Assembly (NCBI GenBank): GCA_002269645.1
Contig: NIVC01001748.1
Span: forward strand, 124,001 to 188,000
Length of the DNA: 64,000 nucleotides
From: Macrostomum lignano
Taxonomy: Eukaryota
Direction of reading: 5' to 3'
The notes under the pieces are model-generated. The model was not told the origin of the DNA and did no database searches. It worked only from the letters and a program-made list of their open reading frames with translations. Both the position numbers and the translations under genes were made by a program. Below, piece by piece: positions 1-11,597 of this stretch. Positions within the stretch are counted from its first letter, which is position 1; each line of letters begins with the position of its first letter.

Positions 1-1622
1 GAAGTGACATCAGGCTTGTGGAATTCTTCAGAAGTGGCATCAGACTTGTGGAATTCTTCAGAAGTGACATCAGGCTTGTGGAATCCTTCAGAAGTGACAT
101 CAGGCTTGTGGAATTCTTCAGAAGTGACATCAGGCTTGTGGAATTCTTCAGAAGTGACATCAGACTTGTGGAATCCTTCAGAAGTGACATCAGGCTTGTG
201 GAATCCTTCAGAAGTGACATCAGACTTGTGGAATTCTTCAGAAGTGACATCAGGCTTGTGGAATCCTTCAGAAGTGACATCAGGCTTGTGGAATCCTTCA
301 GAAGTGACATCAGACTTGTGGAATCCTTCAGAAGTGACATCAGGCTTGTGGAATCCTTCAGAAGTGACATCAGACTTGTGGAATCCTTCAGAAGTGACAT
401 CAGACTTGTGAAATCCTTCAGAAGTGACATCAGGTTTGGGGAATCCTTCAGAAGTGGCATCAGGCTTGTGGAATTCTTCAGAAGGGACATCAGGCTTGTG
501 GAATTCTTCAGAAGTGGCATCAGACTTGTGGAATTCTTCAGAAGTGACATCAGGCTTGTGGAATCCTTCAGAAGTGACATCAGGCTTGTGGAATTCTTCA
601 GAAGTGACATCCGGTTTGGGGAATCCTTCAGAAGTGGCATCAGGCTTGTGGAATTCTTCAGAAGGGACATCAGGCTTGTGGAATTCTTCAGAAGTGGCAT
701 CAGACTTGTGGAATTCTTCAGAAGTGACATCAGGCTTGTGGAATCCTTCAGAAGTGACATCAGGCTTGTGGAATTCTTCAGAAGGGACATCAGGCTTGTG
801 GAATTCTTCAGAAGTGACATCAGACTTGTGGAATCCTTCAGAAGTGACATCAGGCTTGTGGAATCCTTCAGAAGTGACATCAGACTTGTGGAATTCTTCA
901 GAAGTGACATCAGGCTTGTGGAATCCTTCAGAAGTGACATCAGGCTTGTGGAATCCTTCAGAAGTGACATCAGGCTTGTGGAATTCTTCAGAAGTGACAT
1001 CAGACTTGTGGAATCCTTCAGAAGTGACATCAGACTTGTGGAATCCTTCAGAAGTGACATCAGGTTTGGGGAATCCTTCAGAAGTGACATCAGGCTTGTG
1101 GAATCCTTCAGAAGTGATTCCAGACTTGCGGAAGCCTTCAGAAGTGACATCAGGTTTGGGGAATCCTTCAGAAGTGGCATCAGACTTGTGGAATTCTTCA
1201 GAAGTGACATCAGACTTGTGGAATCCTTCAGAAGTGGCATCAGGCTTGTGGAATCCTTCAGAAATGACATCAGGTTTGGGGAATCCTTCAGAAGTGGCAT
1301 CAGGCTTGTGGAATTCTTCAGAAGGGACATCAGGCTTGTGGAATTCTTCAGAAGTGGCATCAGGCTTGTGGAATCCTTCAGAAATGACATCAGGTTTGGG
1401 GAATCCTTCAGAAGTGGCATCAGGCTTGTGGAATTCTTCAGAAGGGACATCAGGCTTGTGGAATTCTTCAGAAGTGACATCAGGCTTGTGGAATTCTTCA
1501 GAAGTGGCATCAGACTTGTGGAATTCTTCAGAAGTGGCATCAGACTTGTGGAATTCTTCAGAAGTGACATCAGGCTTGTGGAATCCTTCAGAAGTGATTC
1601 CAGACTTGCGGAAGCCTTCAGA
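1..1622. repeat. 30-bp minisatellite (GAAGTGACATCAGGCTTGTGGAATTCTTCA), truncated by window start
   Basis: Exact 30-bp period visible in sequence; about 54 units. Confidence 0.97.
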
Positions 1623-1713
1623 GAAGTGAAATTGAACTCGTGGAACCTACTGAAGACAATTCTTGACGACTTAATTAGAGGAAAGAAGACATAAATTTTC
1701 AACGCCGAAATTG

Positions 1714-2745
1714 TTGCAGGCTGTCTGTATCGCCAAAAATAGGCTGTCTGTATTGCCAAAAACAGGCTGTCTGTATCGCCAAAAACAGGCTGTCTGTATC
1801 GCCAAAAACAGACTGTCTGTATCGCCAAAAACAGGCTGTCTATATCGCCAAAAACAGGCTGTCTGTATCGCCAAAAACAGGCTGTCTGTATCGCCAAAAA
1901 CAGGCTGTCTGTATCGCCAAAAACAGGCTGTCTGTATCGCCAAAAACAGGCTGTCTGTATCGCCAAAAACAGACTGTCTGTATCGCCAAAAACAGGCTGT
2001 CTGTATCGCCAAAAACAGGCTGTCTGTATCGCCAAAAGCAGGCTGTCTGTATCGCCAAAAACAGACTGTCTGTATCGCCAAAAACAGGCTGTCTGTATCG
2101 CCAAAAACAGGCTGTCTGTATTGCCAAAAACAGACCATAAGCAGCTGTCTTGTTTGCCTTACCGCCAAAAACAGGCTGTCTGTATCGCCAAAAACAGGCT
2201 GTCTGTATCGCCAAAAACAGGCTGTCTGTATCGCCAAAAGCAGGCTGTCTGTATCGCCAAAAACAGGCTGTCTGTATCGCCAAAAATAGGCTGTCTGTAT
2301 TGCCAAAAACAGGCTGTCTGTATCGCCAAAGACAGGCTGTCTGTATCGCCAAAAGCAGGCTGTCTGTATCGCCAAAGACAGGCTGTCTGTATCGCCAAAA
2401 GCAGGCTGTCTGTATCGCCAAAAACAGGCTGTCTGTATCGCCAAAAACAGGCTGTCTGTATCGCCAAAAACAGACTGTCTGTATCGCCAAAAGCAGACTG
2501 TCTGTATCGCCAAAAACAGGCTGTCTGTATCGCGCCAAAAACAGGCTGTCTGTATCGCGCCAAAAACAGACTGTCTGTATCGCGCCAAAAACATGCTGTC
2601 TGTATCGCCAAAAACATGCTGTCTGTATCGCGCCAAAACAGGCTGTCTGTATCGCGCCAAAAACAGGCTGTCTGTATCGCGCCAAAAACAGGCTGTCTGT
2701 ATCGCGCCAAAAACAGGCTGTCTGTATCGCGCCAAAAACAGGCCT
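1714..2745. repeat. 23-bp minisatellite (AGGCTGTCTGTATCGCCAAAAAC), 25-bp variant at right end
   Basis: Direct periodicity; ORFs show a 23-aa period (3 x 23 bp). Confidence 0.95.
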
Positions 2746-3399
2746 TCATATTTTTATATGCTGCTTCTATCAACGAGAAGTTATGCTCCCCTCCGGCCGA
2801 AGCATACAATTTTCGATCGACTCGTGAGCACTAACAGACGGACTATTTAGCTAAGAGAATCGCAAGTGACAAGTGAAAAGAGTGACAACACTGTATCTTT
2901 GCATTCAGCCCATCAAATTAAAAGCAGAGTATGGGTTATAGTAACTTTTCCTAGGAGTAGCAATTAGCTGATTGAGTTTTGGGGGGGTTAGAAGCCTTTT
3001 TGATCTCGCTGAAGCGTTGATAGTATTAGGTAGGTTGAGCAGTCAGACTCTCAATCTCCCTCATCGCCTCTGTGAGTCTGATATCTATGTGTCTATTTAT
3101 CATCATCAATCTATTTGCGAGAATCGAGTTCCCTCTCGAGTATTGACAGCTGCTCTAGTTGTGTGAGTTTCTTCCTGACTCTCAGCTAGCTTGTTGAGCA
3201 CTGTGTTGCTCTGGGTTACTTTTGATGCATATGGTTTAGCATATGTAGACAATTCGATTGTAATAATTATAATCAACTAATTACCTTTCCTTGCCTTACC
3301 GAAATAAGAGGAATGATATAATACAGAATCTTGTACACCCATGGTTGATCTTGTACACTTGTGGTCTTATAATACAGGATCTTGTACATCCGTCACGAT

Positions 3400-3740
3400 C
3401 GACTAATATAACAGGATTGTGTACAACTTCTTGTACACCCTATGCCCATTGTACATCTTGTACACTCTATGGGTCATCGTACATCTTGTACATCCTATGC
3501 TCATCGTACATCTTGTACGCCCTATGCTCATCGTACATCTTGTACACCCTATGCTCATCGTACATCCTGTACGCCCTATTCTCATCGCACATCTTGTACA
3601 TCCTATGCTCATCGTACATCTTGTACGCCCTATGCTCATCGTAAATCTTGTACACCCTATGCTCATCGTACATCCTGTACACCCTATGCTCATCGTACAT
3701 CCTGTACACCCTATGCTCATCGTACATTCTGTACACCTTA
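3400..3740. repeat. 27-bp minisatellite (TCGTACATCTTGTACACCCTATGCTCA)
   Basis: Direct periodicity; 9-aa period in ORFs. Confidence 0.9.
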
Positions 3741-3771
3741 CATCGCCACTGTGCTCACCGAACTCGCGCAG

Positions 3772-4161
3772 GTAATCTACATCGACGTCGACGATTCAGC
3801 TCCTCCGGTGAACCTCCTGGACGAAGCCGAGCTGGCCGCCGCTCACACCAGACGAAACGTCATCATCATCATCATTCTGGCAGCTGTCTCAGCAGTCCTG
3901 GCCATCATCCTGATCGTTGCCATCACCTGCGTGAATCGCCCCTGCTGCGGAGTGTACGAAGGCGGCGCTGGCGGAGCCGGCGGGCGCGGAAAGCATCGAG
4001 GAGGTCGGCAGCGAAGAACCGACGGCATTGACGGCATGGGTGGAGGCGGTGGCGGTGGCGACATGCAGTACACAGAGCAGGCGCAGCATCTGACGGTGAC
4101 GGACTCAGAGATGGCCTGGGCCGGCTCAGGAGTGCTGCGGGCGCCTTCGATTGGCTCGCCT
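3772..4161 (+). CDS. Protocadherin-like gene, exon with end of last ectodomain strand, transmembrane helix and juxtamembrane region
   Basis: gcag| acceptor at 3771 and |gtgagt donor at 4162; 130 codons, phase 0-0; VIYIDVDD...NVIIIIILAAVSAVLAIILIVAITC. Ectodomain exons would lie upstream of the window. Confidence 0.75.
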
Positions 4162-4166
4162 GTGAG

Positions 4167-4500
4167 TGTACATCGTGCATTGTACATTGTGTAGTGTGTA
4201 CATCGTGCATTGTACATTGTGTAGTGTGTACATCGTGTATTGTACATTGTGTAGTGTGTACATCGTGTATTGTACATTGTGTAGTGTGTACATCGTGTAT
4301 TGTACATTGTGTAGTGTGTACATCGTGTATTGTACATTGTGTAGTGTGTACATCGTGTATTGTACATTGTGTAGTGTGTACATCGTGTATTGTACATTGT
4401 GTAGTGTGTACATCGTGTATTGTACATTGTGTAGTGTGTACATCGTGTATTGTACATTGTGTAGTGTGTACATCGTGTATTGTACATTGTGTAGTGTACA
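4167..4500. repeat. 30-bp minisatellite (TGTACATCGTGTATTGTACATTGTGTAGTG) starting at the splice donor
   Basis: Direct periodicity. Confidence 0.93.
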
Positions 4501-4655
4501 TTTTGAATTGTACATTTTTGGTTTACATTTTGATGTGTATATTTTGTAGTGCACATTGTGTAGTGTACATTTTTAAGTGTACATTGTGTACCTACATCGT
4601 GCTGGATTACATTTAAATCAATCTTTGATGATATGGTGTTTTTTATCTAACAAAG

Positions 4656-5220
4656 CCCGGCAAAAACATTCGCGCCCAGAGTCCAATAGTGACGACCTCG
4701 TTTGCGCTGCCGCAAAGTCACGACGCGAGCTGTTACTATGGAGGCGGCGGCGGCGGCGGCGGCGGAGCCTGCAGCACTCTGCCAAATCCGCGCCATCAAG
4801 TGGCTGGCGAGAGATCTGCTTCTAGAGGAGGAGCGCAGGCTTCGAGACCCGGTCAGGCCAAGAGCGATCAGGTGAACTTCTGGCTCTACCAGATCAAAGA
4901 GGATGCCGCCGCCTCGCCGCAGATGCAGCATCCGAGGTACTATCAGCAGCAGCAGCAGCAGCAGCAGCATCTCAACAATTTTTGTACTATTTCCCGCGGT
5001 CAGCACCAGGTGGTGCACTATGGACAGCCGCAGCACCAGCCGCAGCAGCCAAACCATCAAGACCAGCCTGTCGCTGACGGTGCCCAGTCCGATAGCGGCC
5101 GCGGCTGCTCAGACGAGGATCTGTCCTCGGGTCCGGGCTATCATAACCAGCAAGGTGGTAGCGGGACTGCCGCAGGCGCTGGAAGTCACCACCATCAGCA
5201 GGTGAAGGCTGCCTACAGAG
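4656..5220 (+). CDS. Protocadherin-like cytoplasmic exon
   Basis: caaag| acceptor in phase 0 and |gtgaga donor at 5221 in phase 1; contains DGAQSDSGRGCSDED resembling the protocadherin CM1-type S-DSG-G-SD motif; poly-G and poly-Q tracts. Confidence 0.72.
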
Positions 5221-5267
5221 GTGAGAGTGACTAGCTTTGGTCGTCCGGGCCGCTGGGGTTTAAGTTA

Positions 5268-5923
5268 CACTCAGCAACATTGAAAAGTGTCCACGTCTGC
5301 ACAAAAGGCTACACTAGCTGAACGATTAGGGATTAAAAGGGTTTTAACTATGTTTGGGCCATAGACAATCAAAATAAGGCAACAGAGAATGAACAGAGAA
5401 ACAAGTCCATGCCATTTCCACGCTGTGTACATGTCTAAAGCACAGTCAGTTACAGGTATAGATAGGAACCACGAGCATCCAACAGACCGCTCACTCGTCG
5501 AGGCATTCCCGAACAAGGCGCCGCAGAAAGTCTTGTGGAAGCTGTTGCCACGCGACTGAAAGCGCATTGCGCAGCTGGACCATGTTCTGAGGGGATAGAG
5601 ACTGTTGCACCGAATCGTGCGCTTCAGGGAATCCCACACGTGCTCAATCGGGTTCATATCCGGTGATCTGGATGGCCAACGCAAAGTGCGCCAATCAGTC
5701 ATTTGGCGGACTATCATTGTCACCTGCGTCCAGATGCCTCCAGTGAACTCCTGTACACTCGTTACTGTAACGCTTTTCCCTGTGACACCAGATATCGGTC
5801 TTTACACTTTCCTGTCCTTTTTTGCTCATTTGTCTATGGCCCAAAGCCAATTGGCGAAACCATCGATCGTGCTGCCCATGGACCCTTGGGGCAAGGGTGG
5901 ACACTTTTAAATATTGCTGAGTG
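5268..5923 (-). mobile_element. Internally deleted Tc1/mariner DNA transposon (656 bp, non-autonomous)
   Basis: About 27-bp TIRs (CACTCAGCAACATTGAAAAGTGTCCAC versus rc CACTCAGCAATATTTAAAAGTGTCCAC); TA at 5266-67 and 5924-25; minus strand encodes WPSRSPDMNPIEHVW and a frameshifted Tc1 C-terminus (LRNALSVAWQQLPQDFLRRLV / MPRRV). Confidence 0.9.
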
Positions 5924-6034
5924 TAGTTGGCAGTTATTGTAGTTAGTAGCCAATCGCCTTTTCTTAATGAATAATCACATCGAGCATTGGAATTATTATT
6001 TGAACCAATCATTTCAGCTGCAGTGAAAATTAAC

Positions 6035-7019
6035 TGAAGTAGAATGGTGTTTCTTCCCGGTTTAGCGCCCTTAAGTTTACCTTAAGTCGCGGCCTCTTCT
6101 TCTTGGGAAGTCTTCTCTCAACTCTCAGTAGCGTAGGTAGTGCTGCCACCAGTTCCTTCAGGTCTCGGCCTTCGATGAGGCGAGCTTCCCGTCGGAACGA
6201 AATAAACAAGTCAACGAACTCAGCACAGCGTGCAGATTTGTAGATTAATGAACAAAGCGTCCTGATCAGCAGATCCCCGCCGGGCTCAGGGGTGGCTGGG
6301 AAGGTAGTGTTAGCCTCACTTAGGCTTGGGCTTTAGTGGGGTCTCAGTCAGACCAGTACAAACGGATTCAGTACGCAAAGGGCACTTAGTTAGACACTGA
6401 CGCACACGGGATCTTAGTGAATTCTCCGCAGATAAGAAGCCAATCAATTCCTTGACGGAAACAAGGGGAGAGGGGTCCTATTTATAGCCGGGAAACACCC
6501 ACGCACAAGACCTCGTGACTTGTTCTATTTTTAGAACTGACGTCACTTGAGAGTCTTGGGTAGGGTACAAGCGTGCGGAAGACCTCGTGACTCGTTCTAT
6601 TTTTAGAACTGACGTCACTTGAGGTCTCCGGCCAGAGTACACGCGGCTGTGACTCAGTTGCTATTTTTAGCAACATGAGTCACTCCTCTCCTTAGAGAAG
6701 GGAGGGGTCCGAAAGCACGTGATTCTCCCGGTAAACAGGGCCAACGAGTGCAGTAAACATGTTTACTGCACTTTAGGACTCGAAGAACGCAGAGTCTGTC
6801 ATGTGACTTGCTCACATGACAGAGGAAAACGGGACGGGAACGAAACAGAGACAGCCCACAGCAGAGAAGCTGAGGGCTGAGAACAGAGACGCAGAAGGGC
6901 AGAACAGGCCAAGGGCAGCAACAGACGGGCCAAGGGGGGCGGGCGGGAAGCTGACCAGCGGCAGACAGCAACCCAGGGCGAGGGCGAGGGAGACTGCTGA
7001 CAAAGTGGGACGCCTAACA
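6035..7019 (-). mobile_element. Probable solo LTR (about 985 bp)
   Basis: TG...CA ends; flanks TTAAC and TCAAC (4/5 TSD match); minus-strand TATAAATA at 6479-6486; 45-bp direct repeats with 72-bp period in the putative U3. No internal region to confirm. Confidence 0.45.
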
Positions 7020-7251
7020 TCAACTAGCGGATCACTACATAACCAACACAAATATTCAAAGTCTGTGCATTTTTGTTTTACGATTTTTTCGCACTACATT
7101 TGTACATTTGTACTACCGATTTTGTAAATCAAGTTAGGATTTGAGAAATTTTAATACAGATATCGATCGATATTTGTACTATTTTTGATAAAATACTACA
7201 TACAGTTTGTACAACGTTATTTTTGTAATATACTATAACTATACAACGCAG

Positions 7252-7556
7252 ATCCCCAGCAGCAACAACAGCAGCAGCAGGCGCCAATACGGTTCACCCC
7301 AGTTCCGCAACTGAGCTCAGTGCAAACAAGTCGATCAGCGCCTTTGCCCAGTATTCAAAATCAGCCCCAGCCCCAGCAGCAGCCACAGCACCAGCAGGGA
7401 TCAAAGCCGCCAACCCCGCAGCCTCTGGCAACTGTTCACGCAGCCAGCGCTGGCCACAGCGCCTCCCCTGTGACCGCTGCCTCATCTGCAGCCAATCCAG
7501 CTGACCAGGTGTGCCGGCAGATCGACAACCTGTTCTTCAAGGATATGACTGTTTGA
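7252..7556 (+). CDS. Protocadherin-like terminal exon
   Basis: cgcag| acceptor in phase 1 matches the upstream donor; ends CRQIDNLFFKDMTV*, a PDZ-type C-terminus; followed by about 2.4 kb of AT-rich probable 3' UTR. Confidence 0.72.
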
Positions 7557-10120
7557 AAATATGTGGTTAGAGTGTGGATTGCAGGTGAAAATTGACTGTT
7601 GATTTTTCCGGGTTTTTTTTTATTATGCGATCGTACGCTAATTGTATTAACAATTTGAAGCACAACGCGATGCTTAAAATTGATAATTTTACTTTGGATT
7701 TTTTCCGCGCCATCTCACTAATCATATGATAAATATTCTAATACGCCTCATTTAATCTCATAGCATCAGATATTTGTCTCATTCCTAATTTTGCAAATCT
7801 CAGTCGATTCTGCTTATTTAAAATTTAAACTTTAAAGTTAAAAACCCCATGGTTGTTGTAACCAGTATTTCCGTGTATGCTGACAGTGCTATGAATCCGC
7901 AGGAACATAAAACGAAATAACATTCTGCCGGCAAAGTTATTTTGTTTTGTCTATAGAAAAAATATTATATTTATTATGGCTTCAAAATTTGTTATTTTAT
8001 AAATCCTCTAGTCACAACAATTTTCACCCTTTTCCTGTACAACAATTTCCAATGTCATGCAACGGTCAAAACGTAAAAAATTAGCTACATGATGACCGGC
8101 GCAATGTAAAAGAATCCATTTTCTATATACGCTTGCAGACGTGTATCGGAGTCGAATGTTTTACGGGTTTAAAACAATTGAACGTAACTAATTGTCCAAC
8201 TTTTCTATTTAATCGATCGTTTATTTTTAGTAGTTATGAATTAATAATGTATTATTTAGCCTCTTAATACTCGAGTACTGGACTGCCTTTGTGTTTTAAC
8301 AATTAAAGCGCGTCATACTAAAAATTATTTGCTCATCACCTCTAGTTCCTCGCAGTGAACAACCAGCTTTAAGTCTGTTTTGTTATATTTTTCATTTTAT
8401 TAAATATTTTAATATCAGTTTTTCATTTGAAGTGAAATAGTTAGCTATTAAAACTTACAATTTAACGATTTTTTTTAAAAACAAGCGTTTTGTTTTACCA
8501 GCATGCGCATCTGAATACTTCTGTTAATTAACGTAATCGTGCTAAAGCAACTTGTATTGGTTGCTAATGTACATTTATTGTTATTCCTCTCCATATTTTC
8601 TAAGGCAGTATTTTAGCTTCTAATTTTTGTTTTATTACTGCTATAATGCATTGACGGAGATTAGAGAATTAAATAGTTTTTTGAGAACTATTTTTGCTAT
8701 ATTTAAATAGCAGAAGCTATAAAAGCGTATCTGTTGCATTGAAGTTGTAAAACCCGGAGAATTTAGACTATTGGTTTGTACGAATAGAAGTTCAATTTCA
8801 AGCCTTAAAAGTTTTGTTTAATTATTTAAAAATATTTAACTAAGTCATGCTTAGGGATGAAACTTTAATGGCTTTAAGAAACCTATAATCATCTTTTTGT
8901 GGTGATTATTTTGTCAGATTGGACTAATAATTAATGAACAAACTCCCTTGTATATATTGACTGTGTTAGAAAAATGGTACGTGGCTAATGTGTATTGTGT
9001 ACATTGTCCCATAACTTTCATTTACGTTTATGCTGATATTGACGGCTAATGCAGCTAAGTTTATATTATAATTATAAATAATTTACAGTTTTCAACGAAC
9101 TAAAATGCCTGTGTAAAAATGATTCCTTTTGTTAGAATTACGCTAATATTTCCGTGCAAGAGTCAAACAGAGTGCTGGACCTTCGCTTCAAAATGATATA
9201 ATTTTTAATTAATTTTTCAATTAATTGCTATTATTCATATTATGTTTTCATGCAATATTGAGCTGATAAAATTACTAATGTCTGCATTCATTCATTGCTT
9301 ATTAGCCAAAGCGTTGACTCAATAACACGGCTAATCGATTTTATGCGGATATTAAATTTTACTATTCCCTCTCTCAGTACACTACTGTCGGAGCCTACTG
9401 TAAGTAGTACACTTCTCGTATTAAGTGGAAAATTTGTTATACCATGTGTTTCGTAAGCGTATTTTGTCTCGTTTTGCCAATATAAATATTACTAGTCGTG
9501 AAAATAAATGAGGGAAATAAGATCGACTAACTCATAAGCGAAGTCTTGAATTTGCAGATTGTGGCTCTGTGACTAAAAAAATTATCAGATCTAGCTACGA
9601 CTTAAATTTTATCCGTTTTATTATCGAATCATCGCATAATTAAGTTCTCAGTGTGCAAAGCACAAAAGTTCTATAAAACAGATGATTCAATAAGGAAGAA
9701 AGTAGTGTGTTGATTTTTTCCTAACAGTACACCAAACAAAAGGAAACACGTTGCAATACTCGTGTCATAATTTGGATATTTGGGTTGTCTGCGAATAAAG
9801 CGACTGAAACAAAACAAAATTTAAATTTAGCAAAGAAAAGAAAAGTTGTGCAGTCACAGTGTCGTTAACAAAAGCGTGTGAAACTGCCAACGAGACATCA
9901 ATTTTCCGGTACAAGAGAAACATTTTTTTCTCACGGACTCCTTGAAGGATAAAAATAAACAGCAGTTCCGACTATAGTCAAAAATAGTCCAGGTTTCAAA
10001 TTAAGAAACAGATTTATTTTTTATTGCGCAGTGACTTTGTCAATGAGATGCGAAAAGGCAGATAATGAATGGACACAAACAGACACGAAGCCAGAACAGA
10101 CAGAAAAAATATACATACAT

Positions 10121-10371
<251 letters not shown>

Positions 10372-10929
10372 CATAATACACAAACATTTTGACACCTCGA
10401 AGGAGGCAGAAGCGGCATTAATTATTGGAGTGTCTGTCTGCCTGTCATTTGCTGTTTTCACTCTCTCAGTACCCTGTCGCACATTGCCAACAGGAAAAGC
10501 CCTAATTATGTCACGCGTTGCAATTATGCTAATTAGACAAAGAACGCGAAAACAAAGCAAAGGACATGGCAAACTGGCATGACACGGGCCAACCTGGTCT
10601 GGCAACTGAGCTGAGAATGTCTACAGACCGAATATTTCCCAGGAAATGTACAACGGTGCTCGGGTTATGCTAAAATTCAGGCGCATGTTATTTTAGACAT
10701 CCAGAAATCTAACTGGCTGAGTGGCTGAGACTTGTTTTGCTTTTAGAGGCCACTGAATTCATATTTTTGTTTCTAGCCTTGCAATTCCTGTGTCAATGCC
10801 ACGTGACTAAAGTAGTGCGCATTTGCTTTCGTTGCCGAGGGAGCTAATTCTTTGAAATTGAGAGACGCCACAGAAATGTAATTAATTATGCTATTTTTCT
10901 ATTTTAAAGGGCTCGATTGCCGCTTTGGA

Positions 10930-11336
10930 AAGTTGTTAGTTTGGAAGGTTGTGAGTTTGGAAGATTGTCAGTTTGTGAGGTTGTCAGTTTGGGAGGTTGT
11001 CAGTTTGGAAGATTGTCAGTTTGGGAGGTTGTGAGTTTGGAAGATTGTCAGTTTGGGAGGTTGTGAGTTTGGAAGATTGTCAGTTTGGGAGGTTGTCAGT
11101 TTGGGAGGTTGTCAGTTTGTGAGGTTGTCAGTTTGGAAGATTGTCAGTTTGGGAGGTTGTCAGTTTGTGAGGTTGTCAGTTTGGAAGATTGTCAGTTTGG
11201 GAGGTTGTCAGTTTGTGAGGTTGTCAGTTTGGAAGATTGTCAGTTTGGGAGGTTGTCAGTTTGTGAGGTTGTCAGTTTGGAAGATTGTCAGTTTGGGAGG
11301 TTGTCAGTTTGGGAGGTTGTCAGTTTGGAAGATTGT
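10930..11336. repeat. 16-bp minisatellite (TTGTCAGTTTGGGAGG), left part of array split by LTR element
   Basis: Direct; continues at 15892. Confidence 0.93.
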
Positions 11337-11571
11337 TGTCGTATCGCGTGACTCAGCGGGTGTACATTGAGTACACTCGCTGTTTTATTTTATCGATTGT
11401 CTGACAATGCTTCATTGAGCGTGACTAGTGTGTGTGTTCTTTTAAAACCCTTGTGCTTTTATGCATCAATTATTCTTACGTTCGCTTGTACCAAAAATAT
11501 AAAAGTCGTCTAGTGAGCTCAGAGCTCAATACTTTTTGATTTCTCGCACTAACCACTATAGAGTTGTTTTA
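11337..11571 (+). repeat. 5' LTR of element 1 (235 bp)
   Basis: Matches 15656-15891. Confidence 0.95.
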
Positions 11572-11572
11572 G

Positions 11573-11585
11573 TGGCGACGAGGAT
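11573..11585 (+). promoter_or_regulatory. Primer binding site complementary to tRNA-Ser(GCU) 3' end
   Basis: TGGCGACGAGGAT is the reverse complement of the conserved ...AUCCUCGUCGCCA end of eukaryotic tRNA-Ser(GCU), recalled from knowledge. Confidence 0.8.
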
Positions 11586-11597
11586 TGTGGCTGAGCA

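Noticed and set aside
4-2850. Long ORFs (up to 558 aa) with periodic sequence
   Set aside because: Translations of 30-bp and 23-bp tandem repeats, open in several frames and on both strands; intronic position
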